This document shows positions 37,910 through 51,325 of a DNA stretch of 64,000 nucleotides, one piece after another. Under the pieces are notes generated by a model. That model made no database searches, was not told where the DNA came from, and worked only from the letters and a program-made list of their open reading frames with translations. How positions within the stretch are numbered: the stretch's first letter is position 1; each line of letters begins with the position of its first letter. Source of the DNA: Sphyrna mokarran (taxonomy: Eukaryota); NCBI GenBank assembly GCA_024679065.1, contig JAGIQG010000013.1, positions 25,916,001 to 25,980,000 of the forward strand, given 5' to 3'. The position numbers were made by a program, and so were the translations under genes.

Positions 37910-38890
37910 CATTGAGGTTTACAGCATGGAAACAGGCCTTTCAGCCTAACTTGTCCATGCTGCCCTTTTTTTAAACCTCTAAGCTAGCCCCAATTGCTTG
38001 CATTTGGCCCATATCCTTATATACCCATCTTATCCACATAACTGTCTAAAGTTTTTTAAAAGACAAAATTGTACCTGCCTCTATTTCTACCTCTAGCTGC
38101 TTGTCCCACTCACTACCCTCTGTGTGAAAAAATTTCCTGTCTGGACTCTTGTATCTCTCACTTTAAACCTAGGCTCTCTAGTTTTAGACTCCCCTACCTT
38201 TGGGAAATGTCTATGTGATCAATGTCCCTCATTATTTTATAGACCTTTTTAGGATCACCCGTCAGCCTTCCACACTCCAGAGAAAATAGTCCCAGTCTAT
38301 CCAGCCTCTCCTTATAACTCAAACCATCAAGTCCCAGTAGCAACCTAGTAAATCTCTTCTCACTCTTTCTAGTTTAATAATATCCTTTTTATAATAAGGT
38401 GAACAGAACTGTACACAGTATTCCAAGTGTGGCGTTACCAATGTTTTGTACAACTTCAACAAAACATCCTGACTCCTGTAATCAGTGTTCTGACCAATGA
38501 AACCAAGCATGCTGAATGCTTCTTCACCACTCTGTCCACCTGTGCCTTCACTTTCAAGGAGCTATGAACCTGAAACCCTAGATCTCTTTGTTCTGTAACT
38601 CTCCCCACCACCCTACCATTAACTGCCTTGCCCTGTTCAATCTACCAAAATATATCATCTCGCATTTATCTAAATTAAATTCCATCTGCCATTCATCAGC
38701 CCACTGACTCAATTGATCAACATCCCGCTGCAATCCGAGATAATCTTCTTCACGGTCCATTATGCCACCGTCTTGGTGTCATCTGCAAACTAACTAATCA
38801 TGCCTCCTGTATTCTCATCCAAATCATTAATATAAATGACATATAACAGTGGACCGAGCACCAATCCCTGAGGCACACTGCTAGTCACTG
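37910..38890 (-). mobile_element. CR1 LINE 3' fragment
   Basis: WQMEFNLDKCE, PHLEYCVQF; 3' terminal motif near 37925-37965. Confidence 0.88.
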
Positions 38891-39304
38891 GAATTGCTGG
38901 AATTTCCTGACTTCTCTTTTTAGAGGTTACCAGACTGAAGAGATTGTGTTTATATAAAAGGTAGAGGACACCATCTATACCCTGGATTTATTTTCGTCTT
39001 TGTGTTTCAAAGTCACTAGGAGGAAATGTTTTCTTCGAATTGTACGGTGCTGGATAGCGGTTTATAGGAGTCAATGATTAATATCATTGCTATTTCTGGA
39101 AATAAAGTCAAAAAGACAGGTTAATTGTCTAAAGAGGGAAAAAATAGGCTGATATTTTTGATGGAACTCTGTCAGAGGAAGTTGCAATGTTGAATCTAAT
39201 AAATAGCTCATCTGAAATTTTAATTTGCTTTTCTCTTTGAAATGCTAGCCTAATTATGTGCATTTGCAACATTTTTTATTCCCACTTTCAGTTTTCATTA
39301 TTTA

Positions 39305-39955
39305 TCATTGAAGAGTGAGACCTGAAGCTTTGACTCATCAGGATATAAACAAGAATGCCAAATTTCAAACCGTCACAACAATTTATACTAGAACAAAAAA
39401 CAGTGTTGATTGATTGACTGAGACATTGTCATGGAGAAAGTAATGGGGGAACTATAAGTTCTCCAAGCTTCCAGGTAATTAAAAAAGCATAAAGCTTGAT
39501 TATATTCCTTTTGTTTGCAGAAAATGCATCCTAATGTATGAGTGTTGTCACTTCCATCAGTATAAATGAGCCATGTTACAAAGTCGACTGATTATCTTGA
39601 TTTGCTTTGATTTATTATTGTCACATGTATTAGTATACAGTGAAAAGTATTGTTTCATTCGCACTATCCAGACAATGCACATTATATCATATCTTAAATT
39701 GGTTGTCAATGGTAGTTCTCTGCAAACAAAAGGAATATGTTGAAGTCTTGAGCCCTCTTTTAAATTCCTCCGGAGCTTGGGGAGCCTATAGTGCCCCTTG
39801 CTTTCCTCATGGCAATGCTTTGAGCAGTTAGAGTCCACTCACCAACCAATCAGCACTCTTCACTTTTGTTGTGATAATTTGAAATTTGGCATTTCTGTAT
39901 TTGTTCTGATAAGTGCAAGGCAACAAACTTTGGCAAATTGTCACCCTTTTCAGTA
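39305..39955. mobile_element. Palindromic element with ~230-bp inverted arms and hammerhead-like cores, interrupted by a LINE tail (39595-39690)
   Basis: Arms at about 39305-39525 and 39715-39955 (e.g. atattccttttgtttgcaga / tctgcaaacaaaaggaatat); ctgatga on - at 39335-39341 and ctgataa on + at 39906-39912. Confidence 0.65.
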
Positions 39956-40031
39956 ATTTTCAAGTTCTTTACTACCAAACAACTGGTTCACTGTTGATAC
40001 TGTGTCTTTAATCCTCCACTGTTAATTTCAG

Positions 40032-40890
40032 GTTCTGGAAAACATGTTGTTGGCAATTTTTAAACACCCGACACTGGAACAGTGGTTCTTGGCTTTGGAA
40101 TTACAGACTCCACCACTGCATAGCCTGAACCCTGTGAGTTTCAAAATGCTATCAGCCCACCTTACTTCTGGCACCTTGAACCTCCTCCAGCAGAGTGCCT
40201 CATCGTTGCATAGACTTGGCCGCATGAATATGCTGTTAACTTATTTTAAAGCTATAGCAGAAGGTGCATTGAAGGAACTTGAAATGAAAAAGATAGCCAA
40301 GAAGAAATTAACAGTGGGGGGTAAGAAGTCCTTACCTTTGGAAGGCCTGGACATTTTGCATGGCTATATGGATACAGCTCTGCTCAAAGAGATTGTGGCA
40401 TCCATGTTGGAACTCTCAGAAGAATTTTTGATTATTCCAAGTGAACCTGAGAATGGCGGTGATGGAACGAAACAGTTAAGCATGTATGGCAAGACTTTGA
40501 TCAAAATCCTTACAGAAAATAACCAGGAGTCTCCAGATAGAGGCATGCTGTCATGCAACCATTTCAATACTTTAGGAGCACTCTTGCAGTCCTCCAACAG
40601 CGAAGAGTTGATGAAGGTTCTCCTTGGAGTCTTAGAGAAAGAACCAATCTACGCACAGCTCGTTAGATCAGATGTGTTTGCTCATTGTTTGAATCACATG
40701 ACTGAAACTTCCCTCTCTATTTGCAAGCTCCTCATTCAGCATAGTAGAACTCACCTTTTACAGTTGGAACTTTGGTGCTTCGATGCAGGGAGAATTAAAT
40801 ATCTACGGAAAAATATGGGAGTTTATCTTTCACTTCTTAGCACGTATCTACAATACCGAGGAAAGGATGATTATGCCCGACCAAAGAAAG
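40032..40890 (+). CDS. URB1: URB1 exon 14 (large, 859 bp)
   Basis: tttcag|GTT CTG GAA...AAA G|gtgatt; VLENMLLAIFKHPTLEQWFLALE...LLIQHSRTHLLQLELWC; matches the 292-aa ORF. Confidence 0.92.
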
Positions 40891-41669
40891 GTGATTATCT
40901 TTTTAGTATGTATAATATATAATGTTCTATTACTATTTTTTTCTCATTCTTTTAAGTCTGCTTCTCTTATTTCAGGGAAAATTATTAAAATGGTGGCTGT
41001 GATGAAAATCTTTCGAGTTCTCTTGTTGCCATTAATGTTTTGCAAAGGCCATGATTGAAATGTTTTAAATTTATTATTGACAATAAATTGCTGCAGCCAC
41101 TGGTCATATACCATTTCTCCTGATGTATAAACTGACTCTCTCTAGGCCTCAGAGAGCTATGAGTTGGGTTGGTGGGGGATATGGGCTGGGATTTTATGTC
41201 CTTGCTCGTCCCAAAACTGCAAAATCCCGTCCGAGGTCAACAGACCTTTCCATGGTCTGCCCCCTCACCTGTGGCGGGCGAGATGGTATCCACTGGGCCA
41301 TGGTGTGTTTTACTAACTTTGCCACAGTTGATTGCTGTTGTTCTGTGTAGGGTATGCAGATCCTTTGGATTGTCTCAAGCAGTAATTTCTCAAACTAACG
41401 TTATTCTTGGCAGTGAAAGTGAACCTTCAGTAATAAATCTATTTAAAATGCTTATCTGAAATTGGACGTGGCTTCATTAAAAGTGTAGTTCAGATGAACT
41501 TTTGTCATGCCTCAGTTGTTGCAGATGATGCTGCCCTTGCAGAAATAACAAAATGAAACACTGAAACAAACCAGTATTAAATTGACGTTTTTGTGACATA
41601 TCCAGTAGGACCAAGTCATCCAGTCAATTCTTTGGCAGGGTCTAAAAATGTCTTCTTGTCCTAATTTAG

Positions 41670-41874
41670 TATTTGCAGACGCCCTGATGGTTATCAGACA
41701 GATCCTGTGGAAGAAACTCGTGAGCTCCATTGCTTCAGATGATCCGTCTGATGAACTTGATTTGCAGATGCAAATGCTTGCTAGATTGACACAGCTAACG
41801 TCGTCACGTGAGGATGTGTCATGTATAATGGAACAGCTACCCGCAGTGCTGGAGAAAACAACAAACTCTTCAAG
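41670..41874 (+). CDS. URB1: URB1 exon 15 (alternative in-frame acceptor at 41679 possible)
   Basis: atttag|TA TTT GCA GAC...TCA AG|gtagat; FADALMVIRQILWKKL...MEQLPAVLEK. Confidence 0.8.
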
Positions 41875-42125
41875 GTAGATTCCTTCATTTTCTTTCCAAC
41901 AATGATGTGCATTCACGTAGTGCCTTGTTCCTAAATATTGTAGTTTTCTCTAATTCTATTTCATAGCCCTCATAAATTTTGGCTGTTGTGAGCAGTGCAT
42001 TTATGCAAACTTCAGAAGCACTCAGTATTAGCTACATGTATTATTTTGTGTTCTGTTGTTAATTTCAAAGGCCCCACTTCTTTTCTAACTCGCAGATTTT
42101 GTAACATAGAATCATTGAATTGCAG

Positions 42126-42312
42126 ATGGACTTTGGCAGATGCAGTCTCCAGTGTGCTGGGGGAATATCCTGCGGATCAATGTTCTTGGAGGAAATCCCT
42201 AATAAAGACCTGTCTCTGCTGGATAACAGTCACCTATAGCAGCAGCAAGGTGCAGGAGGAGAACATGAAGGAGACTGAAATGGTGATGCTAAGCAGGTTA
42301 CAGGAGCTGGTG
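42126..42312 (+). CDS. URB1: URB1 exon 16
   Basis: ttgcag|A TGG ACT...CTG GTG|gtaaat; WTLADAVSSVL...WRKSLIKTCLCWIT. Confidence 0.9.
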
Positions 42313-42419
42313 GTAAATTTTTCACCCTTACTCAGATTCAACCAGCAAAGATTAATCATGTTGCACTTCCAAACCATTGGAGCCAAATTTGTTCCCATTG
42401 TATTCTGTTCTATTTGCAG

Positions 42420-42478
42420 GTTTCAATTGGTGAGGTCAACTCAGATGATTGGAGCGGTTTTTTAAAGAATGGACTAAA
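42420..42478 (+). CDS. URB1: URB1 exon 17
   Basis: ttgcag|GTT TCA...CTA AA|gtaagt; VSIGEVNSDDWSGFLKNGLK; the phase links to the next exon (K-YRY). Confidence 0.85.
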
Positions 42479-44860
42479 GTAAGTTAAAATGTATACTTAT
42501 TTACATTTAAATGTAATAATAGCGCTGCATAAAAAGCATGTTAATTATTAAACGGTATTGTGGTGTTGCAGATTCTGGTTATCATTTGACTGGAAGTTGA
42601 TGGTCTTGGGTGTGTGCACTTACACGAGTGTTGAAAGTCAGAAGTATAGAGGGCACAAGAGCAATGAGTGAGGAGTTAGGGAAATGAAAGCAAAATACTG
42701 CACAGGCTGGAATCTGAAACAAAAAACAGAATGTTAGGAAACACTCAGCAGATCTGACAACATCTGTGGAGAGAGAAAACAGAATTAACATTTTAAGTCC
42801 ACACGACTCTTCATTTGAATTAAAGAGAGGGGAACTGTTTGATTGTATACTGTACAAGGAGATAGAACAGAGTAAAACCAGAAGGGATTGCAACAAAAAT
42901 GTAGCAAAACTTAAGAACAAGTGACAAGTGGCCCACTGGGAAGGAAAAAGGTGGGTTTCTGCAATAGGAATGTAGATGTGGAAGTGGTTGCAAATGTTTT
43001 CCTAGGACAGAATTTATACGCTCTCCCAACAAGTTCTGAAATTGAGGGGGAGCATAAATTGCAATGATCGTATACCTCCAGAGTTTCTGCCCACATCAAC
43101 TTGGTTGGCGTTTTATGTTGGACCATGCAGGGCCAGGGATGAGAAGCCCTCCAGTGCCCCTCCTGTAGTCATTTAATGGTCATTTCCTGCCCGGTCTCAA
43201 TTTTTAGGCATGAGGAGAGAAAGGGACTAGTGTGAAAATAAAACAACTTTGATCTCAGGTGTGAGATAAGTGGTGGAGGAGAGGCTCCACCAGTAGCTTC
43301 TTGCAACTGAAGGCACTCTTTAAAGGCTCGCTCACCTTTGGTCCTCCCTGGCAACTCCATCGACTAGGTGTTCCCTACCCTCCCAACCCTGAGACCCCAA
43401 CAACTTGCCTATTCTCTGGGTCCTGGGACTTAGTGCCAGACAGCTCCCTGCAGTGCCTCTTCTGGCCACTGCAGCACTCTGCCTGGAGGGACTGGAGATC
43501 TGCCAGCCACTCTGATTAGCCAATAGCTCTCCAAGGCGGGACTTCTGAGTGAGGAGCAGAATTCTATGCCAGCTAGTAATTTGGTTTTGGGGCTAGTGGA
43601 GTTGATGGGGATATTTTCCCAGCCAATGCTTCAGAAAAATTTAAGCTTTAGTAATTGAAATTGTAGCCTTGATATTAATTTCTACAATGCAAGTGGGAAC
43701 TTGATTTAACTCTTGTCAGATGGGTTTCCCAGATATCGAGAGATTCAGTGAAATGGAGTAGGAAGCTGTCAACTGCAAAAAGTAAGTGGATTTGCAGCAA
43801 ACCATGTGGACCGACTATCTCCAGTCTCAGAGCAGAGGGACAAGAAGGAAGGAGAATGAGAAGCGAAGGGAGGAGGAAGAGGAAGCATTAGTGATAATAA
43901 TGCTAGTAATAATTTGAAAACGATTTATCCTTTCCTTTCCCTGGCACCTCAGGGAAGTATTTGGTCTCCCTCGGCCCCCGGCTGACATCCTCCTCCAGCC
44001 CTCCCGATTATAGGCCTCTCGAATCTCCCAGTAGCTTTTGGGTGACCCCAAGAGTTTCTGGTTTTGGCATACTGTCACAAAGTTCCCCTTCATGGCTGCC
44101 TATTTTGCTAGCTCCCAGGAAAGAAAAAGAAGCTTAAAATTGTTAATGAGATCCTGTCTTTAAAATTGCTAGAATCTCCATTTTCAACCATACTCAACAA
44201 CTTGCTGAATATTAAGGCTAATGTATGATAAACAATCGCAAGACAGCTAATGGATTTGGAAGCTGAAGTTGAGAACATGAGTGGGCAGAGAAGTTGGAAG
44301 AGAAAAGCACATTGACTTTGAATGAAGATTGAATTTGACAAGAAAATGGTGAGGGGGATGGGTAATGGGAATGAACACAAAGTTGAACAAGATGTTGAGA
44401 GACTGAGATATTGAAACAGTAAAGATACTGGAGGAGTAGCACAGGCTGAGGTGAGAATGTGATATTATCCTACGGATCTGAACAAGCTCATTTCTAGTTC
44501 ATTTTAAATAGAAAATATGTTGTGTCAAGGACTGGCAAGGCTGGGGCCAAGTTAAATTTCTCTAAGACCTGTAGAAGGAAGAACGAAAAACTGAGGAGGA
44601 TGAGTAGTGAAGTTTGAGATCTTGTAAAATAATGTTGTGGAGCAAAAGATAGTGCAAGTAATTTTTGATTCTTGACATTCAAAGTGCAAGGAGAAGAATG
44701 CATGAAAGAAAGTATATTTAGACTTAGGAAAGAAATTTTCACCAGAGCATCAAGCGCAATAGAATGGATAAATTAGTAAACCTAATTGCACACGTCAGGG
44801 TCCATGTGCACAGTTCCAATTATATTTCTGCTTTGAATGATCTCCCTCTTACAATGGCAG

Positions 44861-45051
44861 GTATCGCTACAGAGATTGGGCATTTATGGAAACCCTTCAT
44901 AAATTAGTACCCATATTGTATGAGAATGAAGATCTGGCTCAAGGTTTGATTCCATTGTCTATGATCCATACAATGGTAACAAATCACTCCCTGTTTCTGC
45001 CAACCATGCTGGAGGTCAGAGAGGATCCGGATGGAAATGCAAAAGCGAGAG
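44861..45051 (+). CDS. URB1: URB1 exon 18
   Basis: tggcag|G TAT CGC TAC...AGA G|gtatga; YRYRDWAFMETL...IHTMVTNHSLFLPTML. Confidence 0.9.
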
Positions 45052-45119
45052 GTATGACCAGATAAACTGACCCCTGGGATTGGCACTCAATCATAAATGG
45101 TTTTCTATTTGTTTATCTG

Positions 45120-45340
45120 TTTATTTTTTATTAATGTGAAACTTCCCTAGTCGTCACATTCCGGCACAATGCACTTAATTAGCACGTCTTTCAAACTATG
45201 GGAGGACATCAGAGCACCCAAAGGAAACCCATGCAGACACAGGGTGAATGTGCAAACTTCACACAGACAGTGACCCAAACTGGAAATCGAACCCAGGTTC
45301 GTGGTACTGTGAGGCAGCAATGTTAACCATTGTGCTGCCT
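45120..45340 (-). mobile_element. V-SINE, tail A (internally deleted)
   Basis: V core and head on -. Confidence 0.75.
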
Positions 45341-46525
45341 TACATAGAGATGTCTCCTGGAAGTTTGTGTTTTGTGTATAAAAGGGAGTGAATAACTGTT
45401 AGAAATATTGCACTGTGTGATTTAATCATTAAGAAAAAGAGAAAATATTGCAGAATTTTGAATATACGCTTTCTGCTGGCTATAGTCCAAACTATTTTCA
45501 GCAGCAAGTTTCCAGACACACAGTTATTTCTCCTCCTATTCTTTCCTTTAAACGTTTCTTGCTATGGTAAAGAGCAGTGATGTCAAATGCAATCTGCTGG
45601 GTAATCTCACATTCTGATCAGCTAAAACCAAAATTCCAGTCTGGAAGCAAAACAATCCATATGCATGATTCTATAATTTGATTGTTGCTCACTGAGTTAT
45701 TTATTCCTGCCAGTTGGCTGCAACATAACCCAGATCAACTGTTCTAATGTTGTCATGTGGTACCAAACCCAGTGATCAAACTCCACAACTGTGTTCAGAC
45801 CAGTAGCAGTGCAACAATGTCAAAAAAATACAGAAACATTTCAAAAATGCCTTTTCTCCCCCTTTGCTTTTAACCACCTGGTAACAAAATATGTTCTCAA
45901 AAATTGCAGATGTCAAAGCCACTTTGTCTAGTTTCCTTATTGGTTGTTATTATGAAGAGAAACTGGCACTGCCTTATTCCGATATCCAAGTTACAGGCCC
46001 AACCTATTCAGTCTCTCCTCATAATATTTCCATACCCATTGAGTTATACTAGCTATCCAGAGGAATTCAATCTGCCCTATTCTCCTGCTCTATCCTGGTG
46101 GTGCTGGAAGTTTTATTTCCCTCAAGTGGTCCTCCAGTTTCCTTTTGGAATCTTTGACCATCTCTACTTCCACCAGCTGTGGGTGGTGTGCAAGATCATT
46201 AGCACTCACTATCATTAGCATTCAAAATTCCTCCTCACATCCCACCCTTTATTTCTTGCAGGGCAGAGGGTCTGGGTAACATTCTCTGTGAGGCAGAGGG
46301 TGCATTCTCGATGGTCTCAATGGCCTCCTTCTGTAAGGGTTCTGTGATTCACTTACTCTTCGTACAAAACCTTTATGTCCTTACTGAGTTTCAGTGCCCA
46401 AAACTGAACATAACCGCTGCTGGTGGTGTACATTGTGATTATTGATGTAATTTGTCACAATGTATTACAATATGAAATAACACCACTTTTAAAGACCCTT
46501 AATTAAAATGTTGTGATTCTTTTAG

Positions 46526-46636
46526 ATGCTCTAATTGACGTGTTACTGGTTTTGGTCAGAAAATGTCCTTCTGTGTGCAACAGCAGTCATTTTGGTGTTT
46601 TACTGGGGGCTTATGGAGCAACATTCTGTGATACAG
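46526..46636 (+). CDS. URB1: URB1 exon 19
   Basis: ttttag|AT GCT CTA...ACA G|gtaaat; ALIDVLLVLVRKCPSVCNSSHFGVLLGAYGATFCDT. Confidence 0.92.
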
Positions 46637-46722
46637 GTAAATCTCTTACTTCTTTGTTTATATTACACAACTGAACAGCAAATGTGATCATTATTTATTA
46701 TCTATCCTTTTCCTTTGTAAAG

Positions 46723-46786
46723 ATCAGAAACTGCTGATGATCCTACAGTCTTATGAGAAAAACAACATAAGTCTTGCTGAGTTCGG
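46723..46786 (+). CDS. URB1: URB1 exon 20
   Basis: gtaaag|AT CAG AAA...TTC GG|gtgagt; DQKLLMILQSYEKNNISLAEF; follows an 86-bp intron with an AAG acceptor. Confidence 0.87.
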
Positions 46787-46844
46787 GTGAGTTCGTTTTG
46801 CTGCAAATGAAATCTGCATTTAGTATAATAGTGTAACCCGAGGA

Positions 46845-47142
46845 ACCATAGAATCCCTATAGTGCAAAAAGAGGCTGTTTGGCCCATAGAATCTGCACCA
46901 GCCTCTGAAAGAACATTCCACCCAGGCCTGAGCATTTATCATGGCTAACCAACTTAACTTGCACATCTTTGGATTGTGGGAGGATACCAGAGCACCCAGA
47001 GGAAATCTACGCAGACACAGGGGAGATTGTGCAATTTTCACATGAACGCACACACATGCATGCACACATACCCGAAGGCCAGAACTGAACCCAGATCACT
47101 AGTGTTGCAAGGCAGCAGTGCTAACCACTGTGTCACCATGCT
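46845..47142 (-). mobile_element. V-SINE, tail B
   Basis: catagaatccctatagtgca tail plus V core and head. Confidence 0.78.
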
Positions 47143-47839
47143 GACAGCAGAATGAAAGCCAAGGATCTTCTTTCTCAGCACCTCATTACTAAAGTTATTT
47201 AAGAAGAAGGAACTTGTATTTGAAAATCACATTTCATGACCATAGGACCTCCATACAACACACACACACACACACAAAACCATTTTTATAATGTAGATAA
47301 ATGCAGTAGTTAATCTATACACATTAAGATCCTATAAATACCTACTCCTTTACACAATAATGCTGAGTATGTCCATTCCGCCATATGAAAGCACTATTTA
47401 AACAATAACATTTTGTAAACGGGTGGACCAGCATCCTGGATGAGTGACCGGGCCATATGATTCCAGGGAAGACAACAACATAATCACAGATCTCTGTTCA
47501 GTTAGCTGATCCTAATTGGAGTAATATTAAGAGAGCTGCAATTGACTTTGTTGATTCAGGGTAAGAGAATGAGAAAATTATCAGATTCCCAACCTTAGAT
47601 CCTTTCTGGAAATACTTGTGTTGAGTGACATTGAGTAGCGTAACCATGACATCCTTCAGGATCCAATACTTTATTGACATAAAGTCCCATGTGAATAATG
47701 ACCAGTCGAGCAAAGTACAGGGGGGCATTGCAACTTGCATATCATTCCTTACAAAGAGTAAATATTTCTGGTAAAAGGAATGGATGAAGTCGATGGAGAA
47801 AAATTAGTAAAAAGATAAAGTGCAAAGAGCTTGTGTTGT

Positions 47840-48400
47840 TTGGTTTCACATTGTCACATGTATTGGGATACAGTGAAAAATGGTGTTCGTTGTGCACTAT
47901 ACAGAAAAATCACACCATTCATGGAGTACATGGGGAGAATGAAAGACTGAGTTGCAGAATATTGTGTTGCAATTACTATTAGGGTAAGGAAAAAGATCAG
48001 TATAGTATATGATAGAACCATTCAAAAGACTAGCTGCAGGAAAGAAGTTGTTTTTGAGTTGGTTGGAACGTGTTCTCAGATTCTTGTAACTATTTCTTGA
48101 CCTATGAAGGTGGAAGAGGGTATGTTCGGGCACGTAGGGTCCTTGATTATGCTGGCTATTTTTCCAAGACAGTGGGAAATGTAGATGGAGTCAATGGATG
48201 GGAGGCTGGTTTGCGTGATAGACTGGGCTTCGTTCACAATTTCTTGCAGTCTTGGACAGAACAGGAGCCATACCAACTGTAATGCATTTGAGAGGATGCT
48301 TTTTATGGTGCATCTGTAAAAATAGTTGACAGTCGCATTGGACATGTCGAATTTCCTTAGCCTTTTGAGAAAATGGAAGCATTGGTGGGCTTTCTTAACC
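47840..48400 (-). mobile_element. Rex1/Babar-like LINE 3' fragment
   Basis: KKAHQCFHFLKRLRKF...FYRCTIKSIL; reverse-complement homologue of 26120-26690. Confidence 0.75.
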
Positions 48401-48994
48401 AAATGCTGGAAATGTAAAATTGAAGTGAAAAGAGTTGGAAAAGCTCAGTTGGTCTGGGAGCACCATTGGAGAGGGAAGACCAATTAATGTTTTGAGTCAA
48501 ATATGACTCTGTTCAGAAGAGTGATGTTAATTGTTTTTTTTGATAGTTTGGTGAACATTCCTTAATGTAAGACCATCCACAGCACCTAGCATCTGGAAAC
48601 TGACCTCATTATTTAGGAACTTGTGCCTTAAGAGGAAAGGAATTTGTAATTGGAGAAGAATGGGATTGTAAATCCTGATAAGAGGAAGATCTTGCTGATC
48701 TTTTGTCTTCCAGCAAAACATATATTTCGTTAAAAGAAACACTAAGAATTGTGAAAGACGATCGTAGAAAATTCCATTGTTTCAATTATATTGCCCCAAA
48801 TGGGGTGACTGAAAACTCAGCATGATGTCCTTATTTACCAAATAATGTTTTGCTTCAGTGACGCACTTTTCACAGTACAAAACCCCTTGTGAACATTTCA
48901 GGCTAAGCAAACATATGTGCACTGACACAATTTCCACTGAGCTTTTGAACAGAGATGCATTTTCAATAAATGGTGTTAAACCTCTGTTTCTCAG

Positions 48995-49163
48995 CCTGAT
49001 GTTGTGGGGCCCAGCTGCGGTTGAACACCTCAAGGTTCGCAAGAGCCTGGGGCAGTCCCTATGGCAACAACCAACCATGGAAGATATCCTAACACTCCTG
49101 GACAGAGAGAAGATGTTCCAGACAGTTATCAACTTCCCACAGCATCGCCAGATCCTGCCAGAG
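48995..49163 (+). CDS. URB1: URB1 exon 21
   Basis: tctcag|C CTG ATG...CCA GAG|gtgcgt; LMLWGPAAVEHLKVRKSLGQSLWQQP. Confidence 0.93.
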
Positions 49164-49353
49164 GTGCGTTTTAGTTGTATCACTTCGGGTTTTTTTTTAA
49201 ACTTTCCTTGTATATTCCTAGTACATTCCGGGGGCATTAGGACTGGGCTGATGGAAAGTCAAGATAACCATCACTCTGAACATGCCCAATTTTATGCTGT
49301 GCCATGTTTTAGAACACAGTCAGATCCATATTGCTATTTTGTTTGTATTTCAG

Positions 49354-49456
49354 GATGGAAAAGAGTTAGTCTTCAAAGATTACGACATTAAGGAGCCCCA
49401 CAATCTGTACGACCCTTGTTTCTTGCTGCCTCTCTTTAGTGGATTAATGACACCAG
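49354..49456 (+). CDS. URB1: URB1 exon 22
   Basis: tttcag|GAT GGA...CCA G|gtatgt; DGKELVFKD...LYDPCFLLPLFS. Confidence 0.92.
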
Positions 49457-49526
49457 GTATGTAAAAACTTATTGAAAAGGGAGCCCTTTCAACCCTAGTT
49501 TATTGAGCTTATCAACAATGAAGATA

Positions 49527-49780
49527 GTTAAAGTTTATTTATTAGTCGCAAGTCAGGTTTTCATTAACAGTGCATTGAAGTTAGTGTGAAATTTGCCCCG
49601 TCGCCACACTCTGGCATCTATTCAGATCAGTGCACCCAACCAACACAGTCTTTCGGGCTGTGGAATGAAACCGGAACACCCGGAGGGAACCCACACAGAA
49701 TGTGCAGACTCCGCACAGATAGTGACCCAAGCCAGAAATCGAACACAGGTTCCTGACGCTATGAGTAGTGCTAACCTCCA
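49527..49780 (-). mobile_element. V-SINE, tail A
   Basis: aaagtttatttattag tail plus V core. Confidence 0.78.
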
Positions 49781-50524
49781 CCCCCAGCCCCCTCGCCCTC
49801 ATGGTGATGTTGGAAGTGAGGCTAGCATTTAATCAGGTGGGTGGGTGATTTGCAGGACCACCTGTCTCTCTCTCTCTCTCTCTCCCCGCTGCCACCCTCG
49901 CCAAACTTCCACCTCTATCCCAGTTAAGTTCCTGATGGGAGGTCCCATGGATAATCCTTAACTGGATAATTGGTGCTCACTTAAGAGCTTACCCTGCAGG
50001 GAAGACAACAAGCAGGCTCATGCAGGATTGCTTACAGGCTTCAGGATGAGGAGTGGTTGGGGTCCTTCATTTCAAGGCGTTAGTAAATTGGGGTAACTTA
50101 CTGTGAATTGTAAACGTGGCATCAGGTGTCATTGCTGGAGTGATTTTTAATGATTACAAAGTATCCATCATTGAAATGTGAATGATGATATTGATTTTAG
50201 CTTTTCCTGTTGAGACTTCAGTTCCGCCCCTTTTACACCACAGCCGGTGTCCATACAAACAGTTCCACTTTTCCTAGGTTATTTCATATACTGTGTCACC
50301 CCCCCCCCCCCCCCCACAGTGCACCCCATCCCCAATAAGCCATTTCCTTTTTTTAATTAAGCAATGCATTTTTGACACTTCAGTAACAGCCAAAAAGACA
50401 TTATGCCAATGTCACAAGTTTATTATAAAAGTAATACATGATTCATATCCTTTTCTAGAAGCAATAGCAATTGTGGGCAACCTGTTGATTTCCGTCCACT
50501 TAGTTTTTTTCCCACCTGAGTGAT

Positions 50525-50805
50525 TGGTGGAACTGTGGTTAGCACTGCTGCTCATGGCAGCAGGGACTTAGGTTCAATTCCAGCCTTGGGTGACTGTGCG
50601 GAGTCTGCACATTTTTCCTGTGTCTGCTTGGGTTTCCTCTGGGTGCTTCAGTTTCCTCTCACCGTGTGAAAGACATGCTGATTAGGCACATTGACCATGC
50701 TAAATTCTCCCTCAGTGTACCCGAACAGATGCCAGAGTTGTGGGGATTAGGTGATTTTCACAGTAACTTCATTGCAGTGTTAACTATGAAACTAATAAAC
50801 AAACT
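50525..50805 (+). mobile_element. V-SINE, tail A
   Basis: Head, V core and tail A. Confidence 0.78.
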
Positions 50806-51325
50806 GAAAAATACCTAAAATGACATGCACCTGAAGAAAGGGCAAGTGAATGAACTTCATGCTTGTTGTGCACAACATTGACTGTGGAGCCATACGCTCT
50901 CTCTGCATCCAAATTTTTTTGTCTTATCTTTTGAAGTTTAGGATAATTCCATCAATATATAAATGATTGACATTTCCTGAAACTCGTTATGAAATATTTA
51001 GTGTATATTAAATGTATTTAATCTTCTTCATTGGGTTATGGTTAGTGAACAATCCTGATTTCAATCTTGCAATTCTCTGAGGTGAGAAAGGATCACTCAT
51101 GCAACCCACTCACTCACTTAGGTTGTGTACCATTGAGCTGCAGATTCACAGTCTGTGTTAGTATGAAGGCTACAGGTAACTCTGATTTTGGTTATTTATC
51201 ATTGATTTCTGTCACTGCATCCGTCCTTGGTTCGGAGTATTCTCCATGTTTGAAATATTATTAGCATGTAAGCATTTAATTGTCAAAATAGTAAATAGTT
51301 CTTAGTTTCATCAGTTCTACAACAA

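Noticed and set aside
41995-42465. 156-aa ORF (likewise 48858-49391)
   Set aside because: These are URB1 exons extended into stop-free intron sequence; the splice sites define shorter exons.
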